Shown: positions 38,372-49,365, counted from the stretch's first letter. The stretch is DNA of 64,000 nt from Gemmatimonadota bacterium (GCA_022820995.1 JAJEEM010000061.1:12582-76581), one strand, 5' to 3'. Notes: generated from the sequence alone by a model not told the origin. A program made the numbers and translations.

Positions 38372-40236
38372 CCACGCATCGAACCCCTGCTACCCGCGCT
38401 CTCCGCGTGTTCCCTGCGGGGCTGGTCCCGGCCGTCACGGCCCTTGCCGCCGCGTCGGCCACAGCCGCCGCTCCCGCGTCGGCCCAGGAGGTCGCGGGGC
38501 TCGTCGGGGCGGAATCGAGCGAACTCGCACCGGTCGTGGAGCGCTACTCCGCCGACCGCGTCGCCCTCGGGCGCCGGTGGACCGTCTCGTACTCTCCTGA
38601 ACGCACCCGCCGATTCAACGGGTTTTTCTCCGGCTGGCAACGGGAGATCGACGCGCTTGATTTTGAGGCGTTGAGTCTCGAGGGACGCGTGGATTACGTC
38701 CTCCTCCTCAACGAACTGCGCTACCAGCTGGACCTGCTGACGCGCGAGTCGGGGCTCGCCGCCGAGATGGACGGGTTCATCTCCTTCACTTCGCTCATCG
38801 TGGAGCTGGAGGAACGTCGCCGGCGCCGGGAACCGGTGGAGTCGGAGTCCGCCGCGGCCCGTCTCGCGGAGCTCCCGGCCGAGATCGAGGCCGCCCGAGG
38901 CGAAGTCGAAGCCCGGCTCAGGGGCGGAGGAGGCGTCTCGCGGATCGTCGCGCTCCGGGCGGTCACGGCGCTGGCCGAGCGCACGCGTCTCCTCGAGGAC
39001 TGGTACGAGCACTATGCCGGCTACGACCCCGTCTTCACATGGTGGAACGAGGACCCGTACGCCCGAGCGAAGGCCGCCCTCGAAGGCTACGCGACTTTCC
39101 TGCGCGAGTCGGTCATCGGCTACCGCGAGGGCGAGGACGAACCCATCGTCGGCGACCCGATCGGCGCGGAGGGTCTCGCCGCGGACCTCCGGCGCGAGAT
39201 GATCCCCTACAGCCCTGCGGAGCTCATCGCGATCGCCGAGCGGGAGTACGCGTGGTGCGAGGAGCGGATGATCGAAGCGTCGCGCGAACTCGGCTACGGG
39301 GACGACTGGCGGGCGGCCCTCGAGTACGTGAAGACGCTGCACCGCGACCCCGGCGACCAACCGCAGATGATCCGGGAACTCGCCGACGAGGCGCTCGCCT
39401 TCGTCACGGAACGCGACCTCGTCACCGTCCCCCCGCTCGCGGACGAGATCTGGCGCATCGAGATGATGTCGCCCGAGCGCCAGAAGGTGTCGCCCTTCTT
39501 CCTCGGCGGAGAGGTGATCCAGGTCTCCTTCCCCACCGACGGGATGGAGCACGAATACAAGCTCATGAGCATGCGGGGGAACAACGAACACTTCTCCCGC
39601 GCGACCGTCCACCACGAACTCATTCCCGGACACCACCTGCAGGGGTTCATGACGAGCCGCTTCAACTCCCACCGGCGCGCGTTCTCCACCCCGTTCTGGG
39701 GCGAGGGGTGGGCGCTCTACTGGGAGATGCTGCTGTGGGACCTCGGCTTCCCGTCGACCCCCGAGGACCGCATCGGCATGCTCTTCTGGCGCATGCACCG
39801 CACGGCCCGGATCATCTTCTCCCTCTCCTTCCACCTCGAGCGCATGACCCCGCAGGAGGCGATCGACTTCCTCGTCGAACGGGTCGGGCACGAGCGCGCG
39901 AACGCGGAGGCGGAGGTGCGGCGGAGCTTCAACGGCTCCTACTCCCCGCTGTACCAGGTCGCCTACATGATCGGCGGGCTCCAGTTCCGGGCCCTGCACG
40001 AGCAGCTCGTGCAGTCGGGGGAGATGACGAACCGCGCCTTCCACGACGCGATCCTCAAGGGCGGCCGCATGCCGGTCGAGATGGTGCGCGCGCGCCTGCT
40101 CGGCGAGGCGCCGCCGAAGGACTTCGAATCGACTTGGCGCTTCCAGGGCGACCCGCTGCGCCGCACGACCTCCGGGGAACCGGCCTCGCTGGAGCCGGCC
40201 TCGAAGCGGCCCGCCTTGCCGGAGACGGCACACTGA
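38368..40236 (+). CDS. DUF885 family protein (putative exported metallo-peptidase-like)
   Basis: Signal peptide and the 'HHELIPGHHLQ' block typical of DUF885. Overlaps the upstream gene by 4 nt. Confidence 0.7.
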   Translation: MTTHRTPATRALRVFPAGLVPAVTALAAASATAAAPASAQEVAGLVGAESSELAPVVERYSADRVALGRRWTVSYSPERTRRFNGFFSGWQREIDALDFEALSLEGRVDYVLLLNELRYQLDLLTRESGLAAEMDGFISFTSLIVELEERRRRREPVESESAAARLAELPAEIEAARGEVEARLRGGGGVSRIVALRAVTALAERTRLLEDWYEHYAGYDPVFTWWNEDPYARAKAALEGYATFLRESVIGYREGEDEPIVGDPIGAEGLAADLRREMIPYSPAELIAIAEREYAWCEERMIEASRELGYGDDWRAALEYVKTLHRDPGDQPQMIRELADEALAFVTERDLVTVPPLADEIWRIEMMSPERQKVSPFFLGGEVIQVSFPTDGMEHEYKLMSMRGNNEHFSRATVHHELIPGHHLQGFMTSRFNSHRRAFSTPFWGEGWALYWEMLLWDLGFPSTPEDRIGMLFWRMHRTARIIFSLSFHLERMTPQEAIDFLVERVGHERANAEAEVRRSFNGSYSPLYQVAYMIGGLQFRALHEQLVQSGEMTNRAFHDAILKGGRMPVEMVRARLLGEAPPKDFESTWRFQGDPLRRTTSGEPASLEPASKRPALPETAH

Positions 40237-40255
40237 CGCGCTGAAAGGAAGACAC

Positions 40256-42184
40256 ATGACTCGCGATCCGCATACGACGGCGATCACCGGCATCCTCCTC
40301 GCTCTGGGCGCCGCGGCTGGCGGCGGGAGCGAGCTTCACGCGCAGGACGGCGGCTGGAACGGTGGCACGGACGGCGCCCTCTCGGTCGACCAGCTCCTCT
40401 CCATTGAATCGGTCGTCGGAGGCGCACCCGCCTGGTCCCCGGACGGCTCGACGATCCTGTTCGAGTCGGGGCTCTCCGGCGGTCTCATGACCCTGCCTCC
40501 CGACGGCGGCTTCCCCACGCGCGTGCCCGTGGACATGGGCGGCTCCGGCCACTTCCTCTCCTCGCAGATGCCGGGCTGGTCCCCGTCCGGGACGTGGATC
40601 TCATACGTGTCGGACAAGAGCGGCGCCCCGGAGATCTGGCTCTGGTCGACGCGTGACGGGGCCGATGTCCGGCTCACCGACCTCGGCGCGCGCATAAATT
40701 CCATGCGCTGGTCGCCGGACGAGCGCTCCATCGTCTTCGCGGGAGACCGCTACGGGAACTACGACATCTGGAAAGTGGACGTCGGCACGCGGCGCGTGGA
40801 CCGCCTCACCGATGACAAGCGCTACGAGGTCTTCCCCACCTGGACGCCCGATTCCCGTCACGTCCTGTACGTCCGCCTCGACGACGCGTGGGAGGACCAC
40901 GACGTGATCGAGATCGACGCCGCCGGCGGCAGCCCGCGCACGGTGATCGAGGACCGAGATTTCTTCGACTACGGCGCGGGCGCCACGTTCGGGTATCCGA
41001 GCGTATCCCCGGACGGCAGCCAGATCCTCTTCCGCTCGCACCGGAGCGGCTGGATCAACTACTGGCTTGCGCCACGAGAGGGAGGCGACCCCCGCCCGGT
41101 CGCCGCGGCCGAGGCCGACCAGAGCGCCGCGGCGTGGTCTCCCGACGGACGCTGGATCGCCTACACCGAGAACCACAACGGGCACCACGACCTGCGCGTG
41201 GTGCCGGCGGACGGGGGCGAGCCGCGAGTGCTCGTGTCACCGAAGGGCGGCGTCGCGTCGAGCCCCTCGTGGTCTCCGGATGGCCAGGCGATCGCCTACC
41301 TCCAGGAGGACCTTCTGAGCCCCCGCGACCTCCATGTCGTCTCGCTCGGGGACGGGCGCAGCCGGCAGCTCACCTCCTCCATGCCCGCCGGCAACTTCGG
41401 CGCCCGGCTCGTCGCGCCGGAGAAGATCCACTACGAAAGCACGGACGGGTACTCGATCCCGGCCCACCTCTACCGGCCCCCGGGGGCCGCGGCCGGCGAC
41501 GGCCTCCCCGGCGTGATGTGGATCCACGGGGGTCCCACGTCGCAGTTCCACGACACCTTCCAGCAGCACGTCCAGTTCTTCGTCCAGCGCGGATACGTCG
41601 TCCTCCTGCCCAACATCCGCGGGAGTTCGGGCTACGGGAAGGCGTTCGCCGACGCGAACAACGGCTGCTGGGGGCACTGCGATCTGGAGGATGTCGTCGC
41701 GGGCGCGGACTACCTGCGGGCGCTCCCGGAGGTCGATCCCGAGCGGATCGGGATCACGGGGACGAGTTACGGCGGCGTGATGAGCATGTACGCGGTCGCC
41801 TTCGCGCCGGACGCCTTCCGCGCCGCGATCCCCGGATCCGGCTACACGGACTGGGTCCACTTCCAACACGGCGAGAACGAACTCCGGCACATCAAGCTGC
41901 TCGACCACGAACTCGGCCCGTTCGAGACGAGCGAGGACGTGTGGAGCCACAGTTCGTCGATCTCGCACGTGGCAGACGTCTCGACGCCGATCCTCCTCGT
42001 GCACGGCGTCGGCCGCTATCCGGGCTCCGACCAGTCCGAGATCTTCGCGCGGGCGCTGGAGAACCATTACAAGCCGTTCCAGTACAAGACGTACCCGAAC
42101 GAGAACTACTACGTGTACGGGAAGGCGAACCGCCGGCAGATGCTCCTCGACATGCTCGACTTCTTCGAGCAGTTCCTGAAGTGA
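40256..42184 (+). CDS. S9 family serine peptidase (acylaminoacyl-peptidase/dipeptidyl-peptidase-like) with N-terminal TolB-like beta-propeller
   Basis: Repeated 'WSPDG' propeller blades. Catalytic 'GTSYGG' nucleophile elbow and a C-terminal Asp/His region. Confidence 0.85.
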   Translation: MTRDPHTTAITGILLALGAAAGGGSELHAQDGGWNGGTDGALSVDQLLSIESVVGGAPAWSPDGSTILFESGLSGGLMTLPPDGGFPTRVPVDMGGSGHFLSSQMPGWSPSGTWISYVSDKSGAPEIWLWSTRDGADVRLTDLGARINSMRWSPDERSIVFAGDRYGNYDIWKVDVGTRRVDRLTDDKRYEVFPTWTPDSRHVLYVRLDDAWEDHDVIEIDAAGGSPRTVIEDRDFFDYGAGATFGYPSVSPDGSQILFRSHRSGWINYWLAPREGGDPRPVAAAEADQSAAAWSPDGRWIAYTENHNGHHDLRVVPADGGEPRVLVSPKGGVASSPSWSPDGQAIAYLQEDLLSPRDLHVVSLGDGRSRQLTSSMPAGNFGARLVAPEKIHYESTDGYSIPAHLYRPPGAAAGDGLPGVMWIHGGPTSQFHDTFQQHVQFFVQRGYVVLLPNIRGSSGYGKAFADANNGCWGHCDLEDVVAGADYLRALPEVDPERIGITGTSYGGVMSMYAVAFAPDAFRAAIPGSGYTDWVHFQHGENELRHIKLLDHELGPFETSEDVWSHSSSISHVADVSTPILLVHGVGRYPGSDQSEIFARALENHYKPFQYKTYPNENYYVYGKANRRQMLLDMLDFFEQFLK

Positions 42185-42840
42185 GGATCGATCCGCCCGC
42201 CGCGCATTTCCTCGCGGCGACTCTCATCCTCGTGGGCTGCGAGCGCGTCGAACCCGTCCCGTCCTCCGATGTCGGCGCGGATGCCATGGCGCTCCGCGCT
42301 GCGACCGAGGCCGGCCCGGTTGAAGTGGCTGTAGCGACGAGCCAGGGGGAGTTCGTCATCGCCGTCCATCGCGAGTGGGCGCCGCTGGGGGCCGAGCGGT
42401 TCCTCACCCTCGTCGAATCCGGCTACTACGACGACGCCCGCTTCCACCGCGTCGTCCCCGACTTCATCGTCCAGTGGGGGCTCGCCGGCGACCCCGCCCT
42501 CACCGCCGAGTGGATGAACGCCTACATCCCCGACGATCCCGTCGTCGCCTCCAACACGCGCGGCCGCATCGCCTTCGCCTTCACCGACCCCGGCACCCGC
42601 GCGACCCAGGTGTATATCAGCCTCGTGGACAACTCGCGGCTCGACTCGACGGGATTCGCGCCGTTCGGCGAGGTCGTGAGCGGCATGGACGTCGTGGATG
42701 CCCTCTATTCCGGCTACGGAGAGAACTCGGGCGGCGGCCTGCGCCGAGGCGACCAGAGCCGGATCGTCACCGAGGGCAACACCTACCTGGACCGCGAGTA
42801 CCCCCTCCTCGACCGCCTCATCGGAGCCAGCCGCCGCTGA
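42181..42840 (+). CDS. Cyclophilin-type peptidyl-prolyl cis-trans isomerase, lipoprotein
   Basis: 'FHRVVPDFIVQWG' and 'FGEVVSGMDVVDAL' cyclophilin motifs. GTG start overlaps the S9 peptidase stop. Lipobox 'LILVGC'. Confidence 0.75.
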   Translation: MRIDPPAAHFLAATLILVGCERVEPVPSSDVGADAMALRAATEAGPVEVAVATSQGEFVIAVHREWAPLGAERFLTLVESGYYDDARFHRVVPDFIVQWGLAGDPALTAEWMNAYIPDDPVVASNTRGRIAFAFTDPGTRATQVYISLVDNSRLDSTGFAPFGEVVSGMDVVDALYSGYGENSGGGLRRGDQSRIVTEGNTYLDREYPLLDRLIGASRR

Positions 42841-42872
42841 GCCGGTCGCGCGTATGGGCCGACCCGAAAGCG

Positions 42873-43580
42873 CTAAGGGGCTGCTTTCTGTAGCTCGAAC
42901 AGTTTGCCCGCGCCCGCCTCGCCGAGCCGCAGGAGTTCGTCGAGTTCTTCGCGCGTGAAGGGGGCGCCCTCGGCCGTCCCCTGTACTTCGACCAGGCGTC
43001 CGTCCTCGAGGTGGACGAAGTTGAAGTCGACGTCGGCCGCCGCGTCCTCCACGTAGTCCAGGTCCAGTCTCGCCTCGCCGTCCACCATGCCGGCGCTGAT
43101 CGCGGCGACCCACTGGCGGAGGGGGCTCGCGCCGAGCATCCCGTCCGACACCAACCGCTGGAAGGCCATCTCGAGCGCCACGCACGCTCCCGTGATCGAG
43201 GCGGTCCGGGTGCCGCCGTCGGCGACGAGGACGTCGCAGTCCACGGTCACGGTCCGCTCGCCGAGGGCCGCGAGGTCGACCGCCGCCCGCAGCGAGCGGC
43301 CGATGAGGCGCTGGATTTCCTGGGTGCGGCCTCTCGCGCCGCGCCGCTCTCGCCGGGTGCGCTCGGCCGTGGCCCGGGGCAGCATGGCGTACTCGCCCGT
43401 CACCCAGCCGCCGCGGCCCTCGCGCCACGGCGGGACGCTCTCCTCGACGGAGGCCGTGCAAAGCACGCGCGTCATCCCCATCGTGATCGTGCACGATCCC
43501 TCGGCGAAGGGGGCGGTTCCCGTCTCGAGGGTCGTGGGTCGCAGGGCGTCCAGCGCCCGGCCGTGTGGACGTGCCGGCAT
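42873..43580 (-). CDS. rph: Ribonuclease PH
   Basis: Full-length RNase PH pattern ('[12 protein letters not shown]...GSC...[11 protein letters not shown]', '[19 protein letters not shown]'). Confidence 0.9.
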   Translation of the reverse strand: MPARPHGRALDALRPTTLETGTAPFAEGSCTITMGMTRVLCTASVEESVPPWREGRGGWVTGEYAMLPRATAERTRRERRGARGRTQEIQRLIGRSLRAAVDLAALGERTVTVDCDVLVADGGTRTASITGACVALEMAFQRLVSDGMLGASPLRQWVAAISAGMVDGEARLDLDYVEDAAADVDFNFVHLEDGRLVEVQGTAEGAPFTREELDELLRLGEAGAGKLFELQKAAP

Positions 43581-43618
43581 GGGGCAGCCTCGGTCGAAAG
43601 GTCGAAAAGGGAGAACCG

Positions 43619-45295
43619 ATGAACGTCGAGCGCGTTGAGAGTATGCCGGACGCGACCCCGCTGCGATGGCGGATCCCCGCCGCGTGTCTCGTGCTGGCCG
43701 GTGTGGCGGCGGCGTGCGCGCCGGGCGACGCCCCGGAGGCGGAAGCGGAGATCGTCCCGACGAGCGTCCTGCTCACCGGGGCGACGGTGATCGACGGATC
43801 GGGGGAAGCCTCGTTCACGGCCGACGTGGCGGTGGAGGGCGACCGCATCACCTTCGTCGGCGACGCCGCGGAGAGCGAAGCGGCGCCTGCCACGCGGGAC
43901 ACGATCGCGCTCGACGGCCTCCTGCTCACGCCCGGTTTCATCGACATGCACAGCCACATCAGCGTCATCAGCGTCGGCGAGGCGTACGGGCTCGCCGCGG
44001 TCGAGTTCCTCACACAGGGGATCACGACGGGCGTGATCGGGGTCGACGGCTCGAGCAGCACGGACCTCGCCGCGCTTTACGCGGACCTCGAAGCGTCCGG
44101 CGTCGGCAAGAACATCGTCTCCTATATCGGACACGGCTCCGTCCGGGGGACGGTCATGGGCATGGACGACCGCGCCCCGACCCCGGGCGAACTCGACGAG
44201 ATGAGGGCGCTCGTCAGGAAGGGAATGGAAGACGGCGCCTTCGGGCTTTCGACGGGACTTTTCTACACGCCCGGCTACTACGCGGAGGCCGACGAGGTCA
44301 TCGAACTCGGGCGGGTGGCGGCGGAGTACCCCATCGGCGGAGAGCACGCCCCAGTCTACGATACCCACGACCGGGATCTCGGGGCCGCCTATCAGGGCAT
44401 CGGCTACCACAACTCGATCCGCGAGGCGATCCACATCGGCGCCGAGTCGGGGCTCCGCACGATTTTTAGCCACTTCAACGCGCAGGGGGCCGCGCTCTAC
44501 GGGCGGGCCGCGGAGGGCGCGGCGATCATCGACTCGGCGCGCGCCGAGGGCCTTGAGGTGGCGGGCGCACAGCACGTCTACACGTCCACGATGTCGAGCC
44601 TGCGCGCCTACACGATCCCGCGCTGGGCGCAGGCCGGCGGTCCGGAGCAGATGGTGCGCCGCTTCGCCAACCCGGATACGGCCCGGATCCTCGATGTGCA
44701 GACGATGGAGATGCTCGAGATCCGCGGCGGCCCGGAGAAGATCGTGTTCGCCGACGCGAGGCCCGAGTTCAACGGCAAGACGCTGGCCGACGTGGCGGCC
44801 GAGCGGGGGCTGCCCGTCCCGGAGGCCGTGCGCGAGATCATGTCCGAGTCGAACCCGTGGGTGATGAACCGCGATCTCTACGACGTCGAGAACACGCGCT
44901 ACCTCGCCACGATGCCGTGGATGATGACGTGCACCGACGGTGCGACGCCCGCCCCGGGGGCCGAGATCGTGCACCCCCGCGTGTACGGGACTTTCCCGAA
45001 GAAGATCAAGGATTTCGTGGACCGGGATGGCGCGATCGGGCTGCCGTTCGCGATCCGGGGCATGTCGGGCCTCGCCGCGGACTTCCTGCGCCTCGACGAT
45101 CGCGGTTATGTCCGCGAGGGGATGGTCGCCGACATCGCGGTCATCGACCTCGACCGGTTCACGGACCGCGCGACGTACGACGACCCGCACCAGTTCTCCG
45201 AGGGTGTCGTTCACTTGCTCGTGAACGGCCGCTTCGCGATCCGCGACAACGAAGTGACCGGCGAACTCGCCGGCCGCCCGTTGCGCCGCCCCTGA
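43619..45295 (+). CDS. N-acyl-D-amino-acid deacylase (D-aminoacylase) family amidohydrolase, exported
   Basis: 'GFIDMHSH' metal motif, large inserted domain and the C-terminal small beta domain typical of D-aminoacylases. Signal peptide after MNVERVES. Confidence 0.8.
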   Translation: MNVERVESMPDATPLRWRIPAACLVLAGVAAACAPGDAPEAEAEIVPTSVLLTGATVIDGSGEASFTADVAVEGDRITFVGDAAESEAAPATRDTIALDGLLLTPGFIDMHSHISVISVGEAYGLAAVEFLTQGITTGVIGVDGSSSTDLAALYADLEASGVGKNIVSYIGHGSVRGTVMGMDDRAPTPGELDEMRALVRKGMEDGAFGLSTGLFYTPGYYAEADEVIELGRVAAEYPIGGEHAPVYDTHDRDLGAAYQGIGYHNSIREAIHIGAESGLRTIFSHFNAQGAALYGRAAEGAAIIDSARAEGLEVAGAQHVYTSTMSSLRAYTIPRWAQAGGPEQMVRRFANPDTARILDVQTMEMLEIRGGPEKIVFADARPEFNGKTLADVAAERGLPVPEAVREIMSESNPWVMNRDLYDVENTRYLATMPWMMTCTDGATPAPGAEIVHPRVYGTFPKKIKDFVDRDGAIGLPFAIRGMSGLAADFLRLDDRGYVREGMVADIAVIDLDRFTDRATYDDPHQFSEGVVHLLVNGRFAIRDNEVTGELAGRPLRRP

Positions 45296-45344
45296 CGGCC
45301 GCGGAAGATCAACGGCCACGTATCGACACATCAGGAGCAACCCC

Positions 45345-47234
45345 ATGATTCCGTCGCGCCTGGCGCCCACCGCGGCCCTTTTCGCGTTCGCCCTCCTTCC
45401 GGCGGCGGGCGCCGCCCAGACCGGCCTTGTCATCGAGGACGGGCAGGCGCAGATCGTCCCGGCCTTCGCGGATTCGTCGACGTGGATCCGGCACGATCTG
45501 TGGGTCGAGACCGGATTCGACTCCGATGGCGACGGCCGCCCGGATCGCGTCCACGTGGATGTGACCCGCCCGGCGCAGACCGAGAGCGAAGGGCTCGAAG
45601 TCCCGGTCATCTACGAGACGAGCCCCTACTACTCGGGCGTCGCCGGCATCGACTTCGCGCACTTCTGGGACCTGCGCCAGGAGGTGGGCGGCGAGCCGCC
45701 GCCGCGCGATCCCTTCCCGCCCACGATCCGCCACATTGAAAGCCAGCCGAGGATCTCGAACTCGCACGTGGCGACCTGGGTGCCCCGGGGGTTCGCGGTC
45801 GTCCACTCGCAATCGCCCGGGACGGGCCAGTCGCAGGGGTGTCCGACCGTGGGCGGCGCGAACGAATCGCTGGCGCCCAAGGCGGTCATCGACTGGCTCA
45901 ACGGCCGGGCGCGGGGCTTCACGAGCGTGGACGGAGACGAGGAAGTCGAGGCCTGGTGGGCGACCGGCCGAGTCGGGATGACGGGCACCTCCTACAACGG
46001 GACGCTGCCCCTCGCGGCGGCGACGACCGGGGTCGAGGGCCTCGAGGCGATCATCCCGGTCGCGCCCAACACCTCCTACTACCACTACTACCGCTCCAAC
46101 GGGCTCGTGAGGGCGCCGGGCGGATACCCCGGCGAGGACATCGACGTCCTCTTCGACTTCATCTTCAGCGGGTTCCCCGAGGTGCGCGACTACTGCCTCG
46201 CGAACGTCCGCGACGAGATGACGGCGCAACTGGACCGAACGACGGGCGACTACAGCGACTTCTGGGCGGGGCGGGACTACCTGAACCACGTCGACGGCGT
46301 GCGCGCGGCCACCCTCATGAGCCACGGCTTCAACGACTGGAACGTCATGCCCGAGCACAGCTATCGCATCTCGATGGCGCTGCGGGAACGGGGCGTGCCG
46401 CTCCAGATCTTCTATCACCAGGGCGGGCACGGCGGCCCGCCGCCGCTCGAACTCATGAACCGGTGGTTCACCCGGTACGTGGCCGGTGTGGAGAACGGAG
46501 TGGAAGACGACCCCGGGGCGTGGATCGTGCGAGAGGGAGACGACCCGCGGGAGCCCACGCCCTATCCGAGCTACCCGCACCCCGAAGCGGAGGGCGTGGC
46601 GCTTCAGCCGGGAGGCGACGGGCACTGGACGGGCGCCCTCTCCCTCGACGACTCCGAGCGCGGCGACGCATCGGGCGTCGTCCCCGGCGCAGGGGCGGGG
46701 ACCGGAACGATCATCGACAACTTCGCGTTCTCCGGGGACGAACTCGCCGCTGCGGAGTGGTCGAACCACCGCCTCCTGTACGCGACCCCCGAACTGCGCG
46801 AAGACGTCCATCTCTCGGGCGTCGCCACCGTCCGTGCGCGCGTGTCGGCGGACGCGCCCGCCGCCAACCTGTCCGTGTGGCTCGTGTCGCTGCCCTGGAC
46901 CGGGGGCGGGGAGATCAACGACAACCTCATCACGAAGGGCTGGGCCGATCCGTCCAACGCGCGCGCCGAGGACATCGCGTCGCCCCGCACCGGCGCGCCG
47001 CTCACGCCGGGAGAGTTCGTCGAGATGGAGTTCGCCCTCCAGCCCGACGACCAGGTGATCCCAGCCGGGGCCCGCATCGGCCTGATGATCTTCTCCAGCG
47101 ACCAGTCGTTCACGCTTCACCCCGACCCCGGCACGACCCTGACCGTCGACCTCGGCGCCACGAGCATCTCGCTGCCCGTCGTAGGGGGGACCGCAGCTCT
47201 GCGGCGTGCCCTGGGAGTGCCCGCCTCCCAGTAG
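45345..47234 (+). CDS. Xaa-Pro dipeptidyl-peptidase / CocE-NonD family S15 hydrolase, exported
   Basis: Signal peptide, 'GMTGTSYNG' nucleophile elbow and a C-terminal beta-sandwich (PepX_C-like) domain. Confidence 0.8.
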   Translation: MIPSRLAPTAALFAFALLPAAGAAQTGLVIEDGQAQIVPAFADSSTWIRHDLWVETGFDSDGDGRPDRVHVDVTRPAQTESEGLEVPVIYETSPYYSGVAGIDFAHFWDLRQEVGGEPPPRDPFPPTIRHIESQPRISNSHVATWVPRGFAVVHSQSPGTGQSQGCPTVGGANESLAPKAVIDWLNGRARGFTSVDGDEEVEAWWATGRVGMTGTSYNGTLPLAAATTGVEGLEAIIPVAPNTSYYHYYRSNGLVRAPGGYPGEDIDVLFDFIFSGFPEVRDYCLANVRDEMTAQLDRTTGDYSDFWAGRDYLNHVDGVRAATLMSHGFNDWNVMPEHSYRISMALRERGVPLQIFYHQGGHGGPPPLELMNRWFTRYVAGVENGVEDDPGAWIVREGDDPREPTPYPSYPHPEAEGVALQPGGDGHWTGALSLDDSERGDASGVVPGAGAGTGTIIDNFAFSGDELAAAEWSNHRLLYATPELREDVHLSGVATVRARVSADAPAANLSVWLVSLPWTGGGEINDNLITKGWADPSNARAEDIASPRTGAPLTPGEFVEMEFALQPDDQVIPAGARIGLMIFSSDQSFTLHPDPGTTLTVDLGATSISLPVVGGTAALRRALGVPASQ

Positions 47235-47342
47235 CGCCCGGCGGATGCAACCCCGGGGCCACCCATCGGCATCTACCGAGGTGAGGCCGTTGCCTGCGGG
47301 CACGGTTCGTGAACCCCGCGGACCCAAATCGGAGCTGAATCC

Positions 47343-48527
47343 ATGGGCCGACTCCTCTTCGCCGGACTCCTGTGCACGAGCCTGGCCTGTGCCGCGCCCG
47401 GTTCCGAGGGGGACGCCGCGACCCCGCGAGGGGTTCTGGTCTCCGATTCGGCGGGCGTCACGAACGTCGATCTTGGCGCGGTCGAGGAACTGGCGCCCCC
47501 CGGCCTGACGCCAACCCTCGTCTTTTCCACACGGGATCTCGGGATCGAGTTGTTCTGGGCCGGCGACGCCGTCCTGCTCGGAAACGGCGGCCTCGCGCTC
47601 GCCAACACCGGTTCGAGCGAGGTGCTGCTCTTCTCCGGCGAGGGTGCGATGACGGCCCGGATCGGGGGCCAGGGCGAAGGGCCCGGCGAGTTCAGCAGCG
47701 TCACCACTCTTCTCGCGACGGACGAGGGGTTCCTGGCCTACGATGCGCGGCTGGCCCGCCTCAGCGAGTTCTCGGAGAGCGGAGAGTTTCTCACGTCAGC
47801 CCCTCTCTCCCCCCAGAGCGCCATCGTGTCTCTGAAACCGCTCGCGAGAGACGCGGCCGGGCGCATGCTGGCGATCCTGGGAGAGCAGCGCTTCTTCCTT
47901 CCGGAGGGGATGAAGAGGGATACGACCCCAATCCTCTCGTTCACGGATTCCGGGGCGGAGCCCGACACGCTCGGAATGCTGCCCGCTCAGGAATGGACCT
48001 ACGGAGGGATGCCCGGTGGCGGGATGACGCGCACCGAACCGGCGTTCGGGCGAACCGTGGTGGCCGGCGGCTTCCGCGACCGCGCCCTGATCGGAGACAC
48101 GGACGTACTGAGCCTCTCCGTCCATGCGGCCGACGGGCGTCTCACGCGTCTCATCCACGGTTCCGGTGGCGGGTGGATGGTCACGGACGAAGAAATCGAG
48201 GCATGGAGAGCGGCGCGGCTCGCCCGCAGGGGCCCGGACATCCCCGACTTTTACGTGGAATTCGTCCGGAACGCCCCCTGGCGGGAGACGCATCCGGCCT
48301 TCCACTCCGCCGTTCTGGGACCCGACGAGATGGTGTGGATCGGGCTCGCGGCGCGGGCGGGCGACGAAACGCGACGCTGGCTCGTCCTCGGCCCCGACGG
48401 GCAGCCGCGCGGACAACTTGACCTTCCTGAAGGAGCGACGGTGCTGGCGATCGATGCCGACCGCTTCGTCCTCCTCGAGACGAACGCCCTCGACGAGGAG
48501 GAGGTCCGGCTCTACCGCTACCGGTAA
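47343..48527 (+). CDS. Hypothetical lipoprotein, predicted beta-propeller
   Basis: Lipobox 'LCTSLAC', repeated about 45-aa beta-rich segments, and no catalytic motif. Confidence 0.5.
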   Translation: MGRLLFAGLLCTSLACAAPGSEGDAATPRGVLVSDSAGVTNVDLGAVEELAPPGLTPTLVFSTRDLGIELFWAGDAVLLGNGGLALANTGSSEVLLFSGEGAMTARIGGQGEGPGEFSSVTTLLATDEGFLAYDARLARLSEFSESGEFLTSAPLSPQSAIVSLKPLARDAAGRMLAILGEQRFFLPEGMKRDTTPILSFTDSGAEPDTLGMLPAQEWTYGGMPGGGMTRTEPAFGRTVVAGGFRDRALIGDTDVLSLSVHAADGRLTRLIHGSGGGWMVTDEEIEAWRAARLARRGPDIPDFYVEFVRNAPWRETHPAFHSAVLGPDEMVWIGLAARAGDETRRWLVLGPDGQPRGQLDLPEGATVLAIDADRFVLLETNALDEEEVRLYRYR

Positions 48528-48672
48528 CCCCGCTGGCGGGACCCCGTCCACCACCCGCGAAACCGTGGGCGATTGAATTCGGTACGGTTCTCCCGGTATG
48601 CTGATCCGTCGTTCCGGGTCGTGACGCGCCCGGGAACGAACGACCCGGACGAACGGTACCGAACGGCGAAGC

Positions 48673-49362
48673 ATGAGGACCCAGCGCAGGCTTCTCATCC
48701 TCCTCACAGGACTTCTCGCGGCCGCCCAGGCGTGCGCGAGTGCGGGGCGGGGTCCGTCCGACGACGCCGTCAGACCGGCTGCGGCCGTCCGCCCGGACGC
48801 GGCGCGCGTGGCGGAACTCGAGGCGATCTACCGGGCGCGCGCGGAAGCGGCACTCGAGGGCGCGCACGAGGCGGACATCCGCTTCATGACGCACATGATT
48901 CCGCACCATGCCCAGGCGCTGGTCATGGCCGGGTTCGCGCCGGACAACGGAGCCAGCCCCTCGATCCGGACCCTCTGCGCGAGGATCATCAACGCGCAGA
49001 CCGATGAGATCGCCGTCATGAGCCGCTGGCTCTCCGACCGCGGCCTCCCCGTGCCCGAGATGGGAGACATGCGGGGCCACGGGGACGGAGCCATGCTCAT
49101 GGCCGGGATGCTGACCCCGGGGCAGCTCGCGGAACTCGAAGACGCGCGCGGGGCCGACTTCGACCGGCTCTTCCTCGAATACATGATCCAGCACCACAAG
49201 GGCGCCGTGACGATGGTGCGGGAGTTGTTCGCGACGGACGGCGCCGCGCAGGACGACTTCGTCTTCAAGCTGGCCTCCGACATCCACGTCGATCAGGCCA
49301 CGGAAATCGCCCGCATGGAAATCATGCTCGAGGCGCTCGCCGCGCCTGAGCCGGGCGGCTGA
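48673..49362 (+). CDS. DUF305 family four-helix-bundle protein (exported)
   Basis: Duplicated 'MIPHHAQAL' / 'MIQHHKGAV' HH motifs that define DUF305. Signal peptide. Confidence 0.75.
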   Translation: MRTQRRLLILLTGLLAAAQACASAGRGPSDDAVRPAAAVRPDAARVAELEAIYRARAEAALEGAHEADIRFMTHMIPHHAQALVMAGFAPDNGASPSIRTLCARIINAQTDEIAVMSRWLSDRGLPVPEMGDMRGHGDGAMLMAGMLTPGQLAELEDARGADFDRLFLEYMIQHHKGAVTMVRELFATDGAAQDDFVFKLASDIHVDQATEIARMEIMLEALAAPEPGG

Positions 49363-49365
49363 TTC

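Noticed and set aside
38230-40293. 687-aa minus-strand ORF opposite the DUF885 gene
   Set aside because: R/E/G-rich antisense artefact.
40888-42180. N-terminal two-thirds of the 650-aa plus-strand ORF (alternate frame of S9 peptidase)
   Set aside because: Only the last 219 codons (from GTG 42181, cyclophilin) show real protein features. The upstream portion is R/P-rich and overlaps the peptidase gene.
42109-45610. 650-aa and 712-aa minus-strand ORFs opposite PPIase/RNase PH/D-aminoacylase
   Set aside because: Biased composition with no motifs. The exception is the RNase PH gene proper at 42873-43580, which was kept.
45309-47327. 672-aa minus-strand ORF opposite PepX-like gene
   Set aside because: Antisense artefact.
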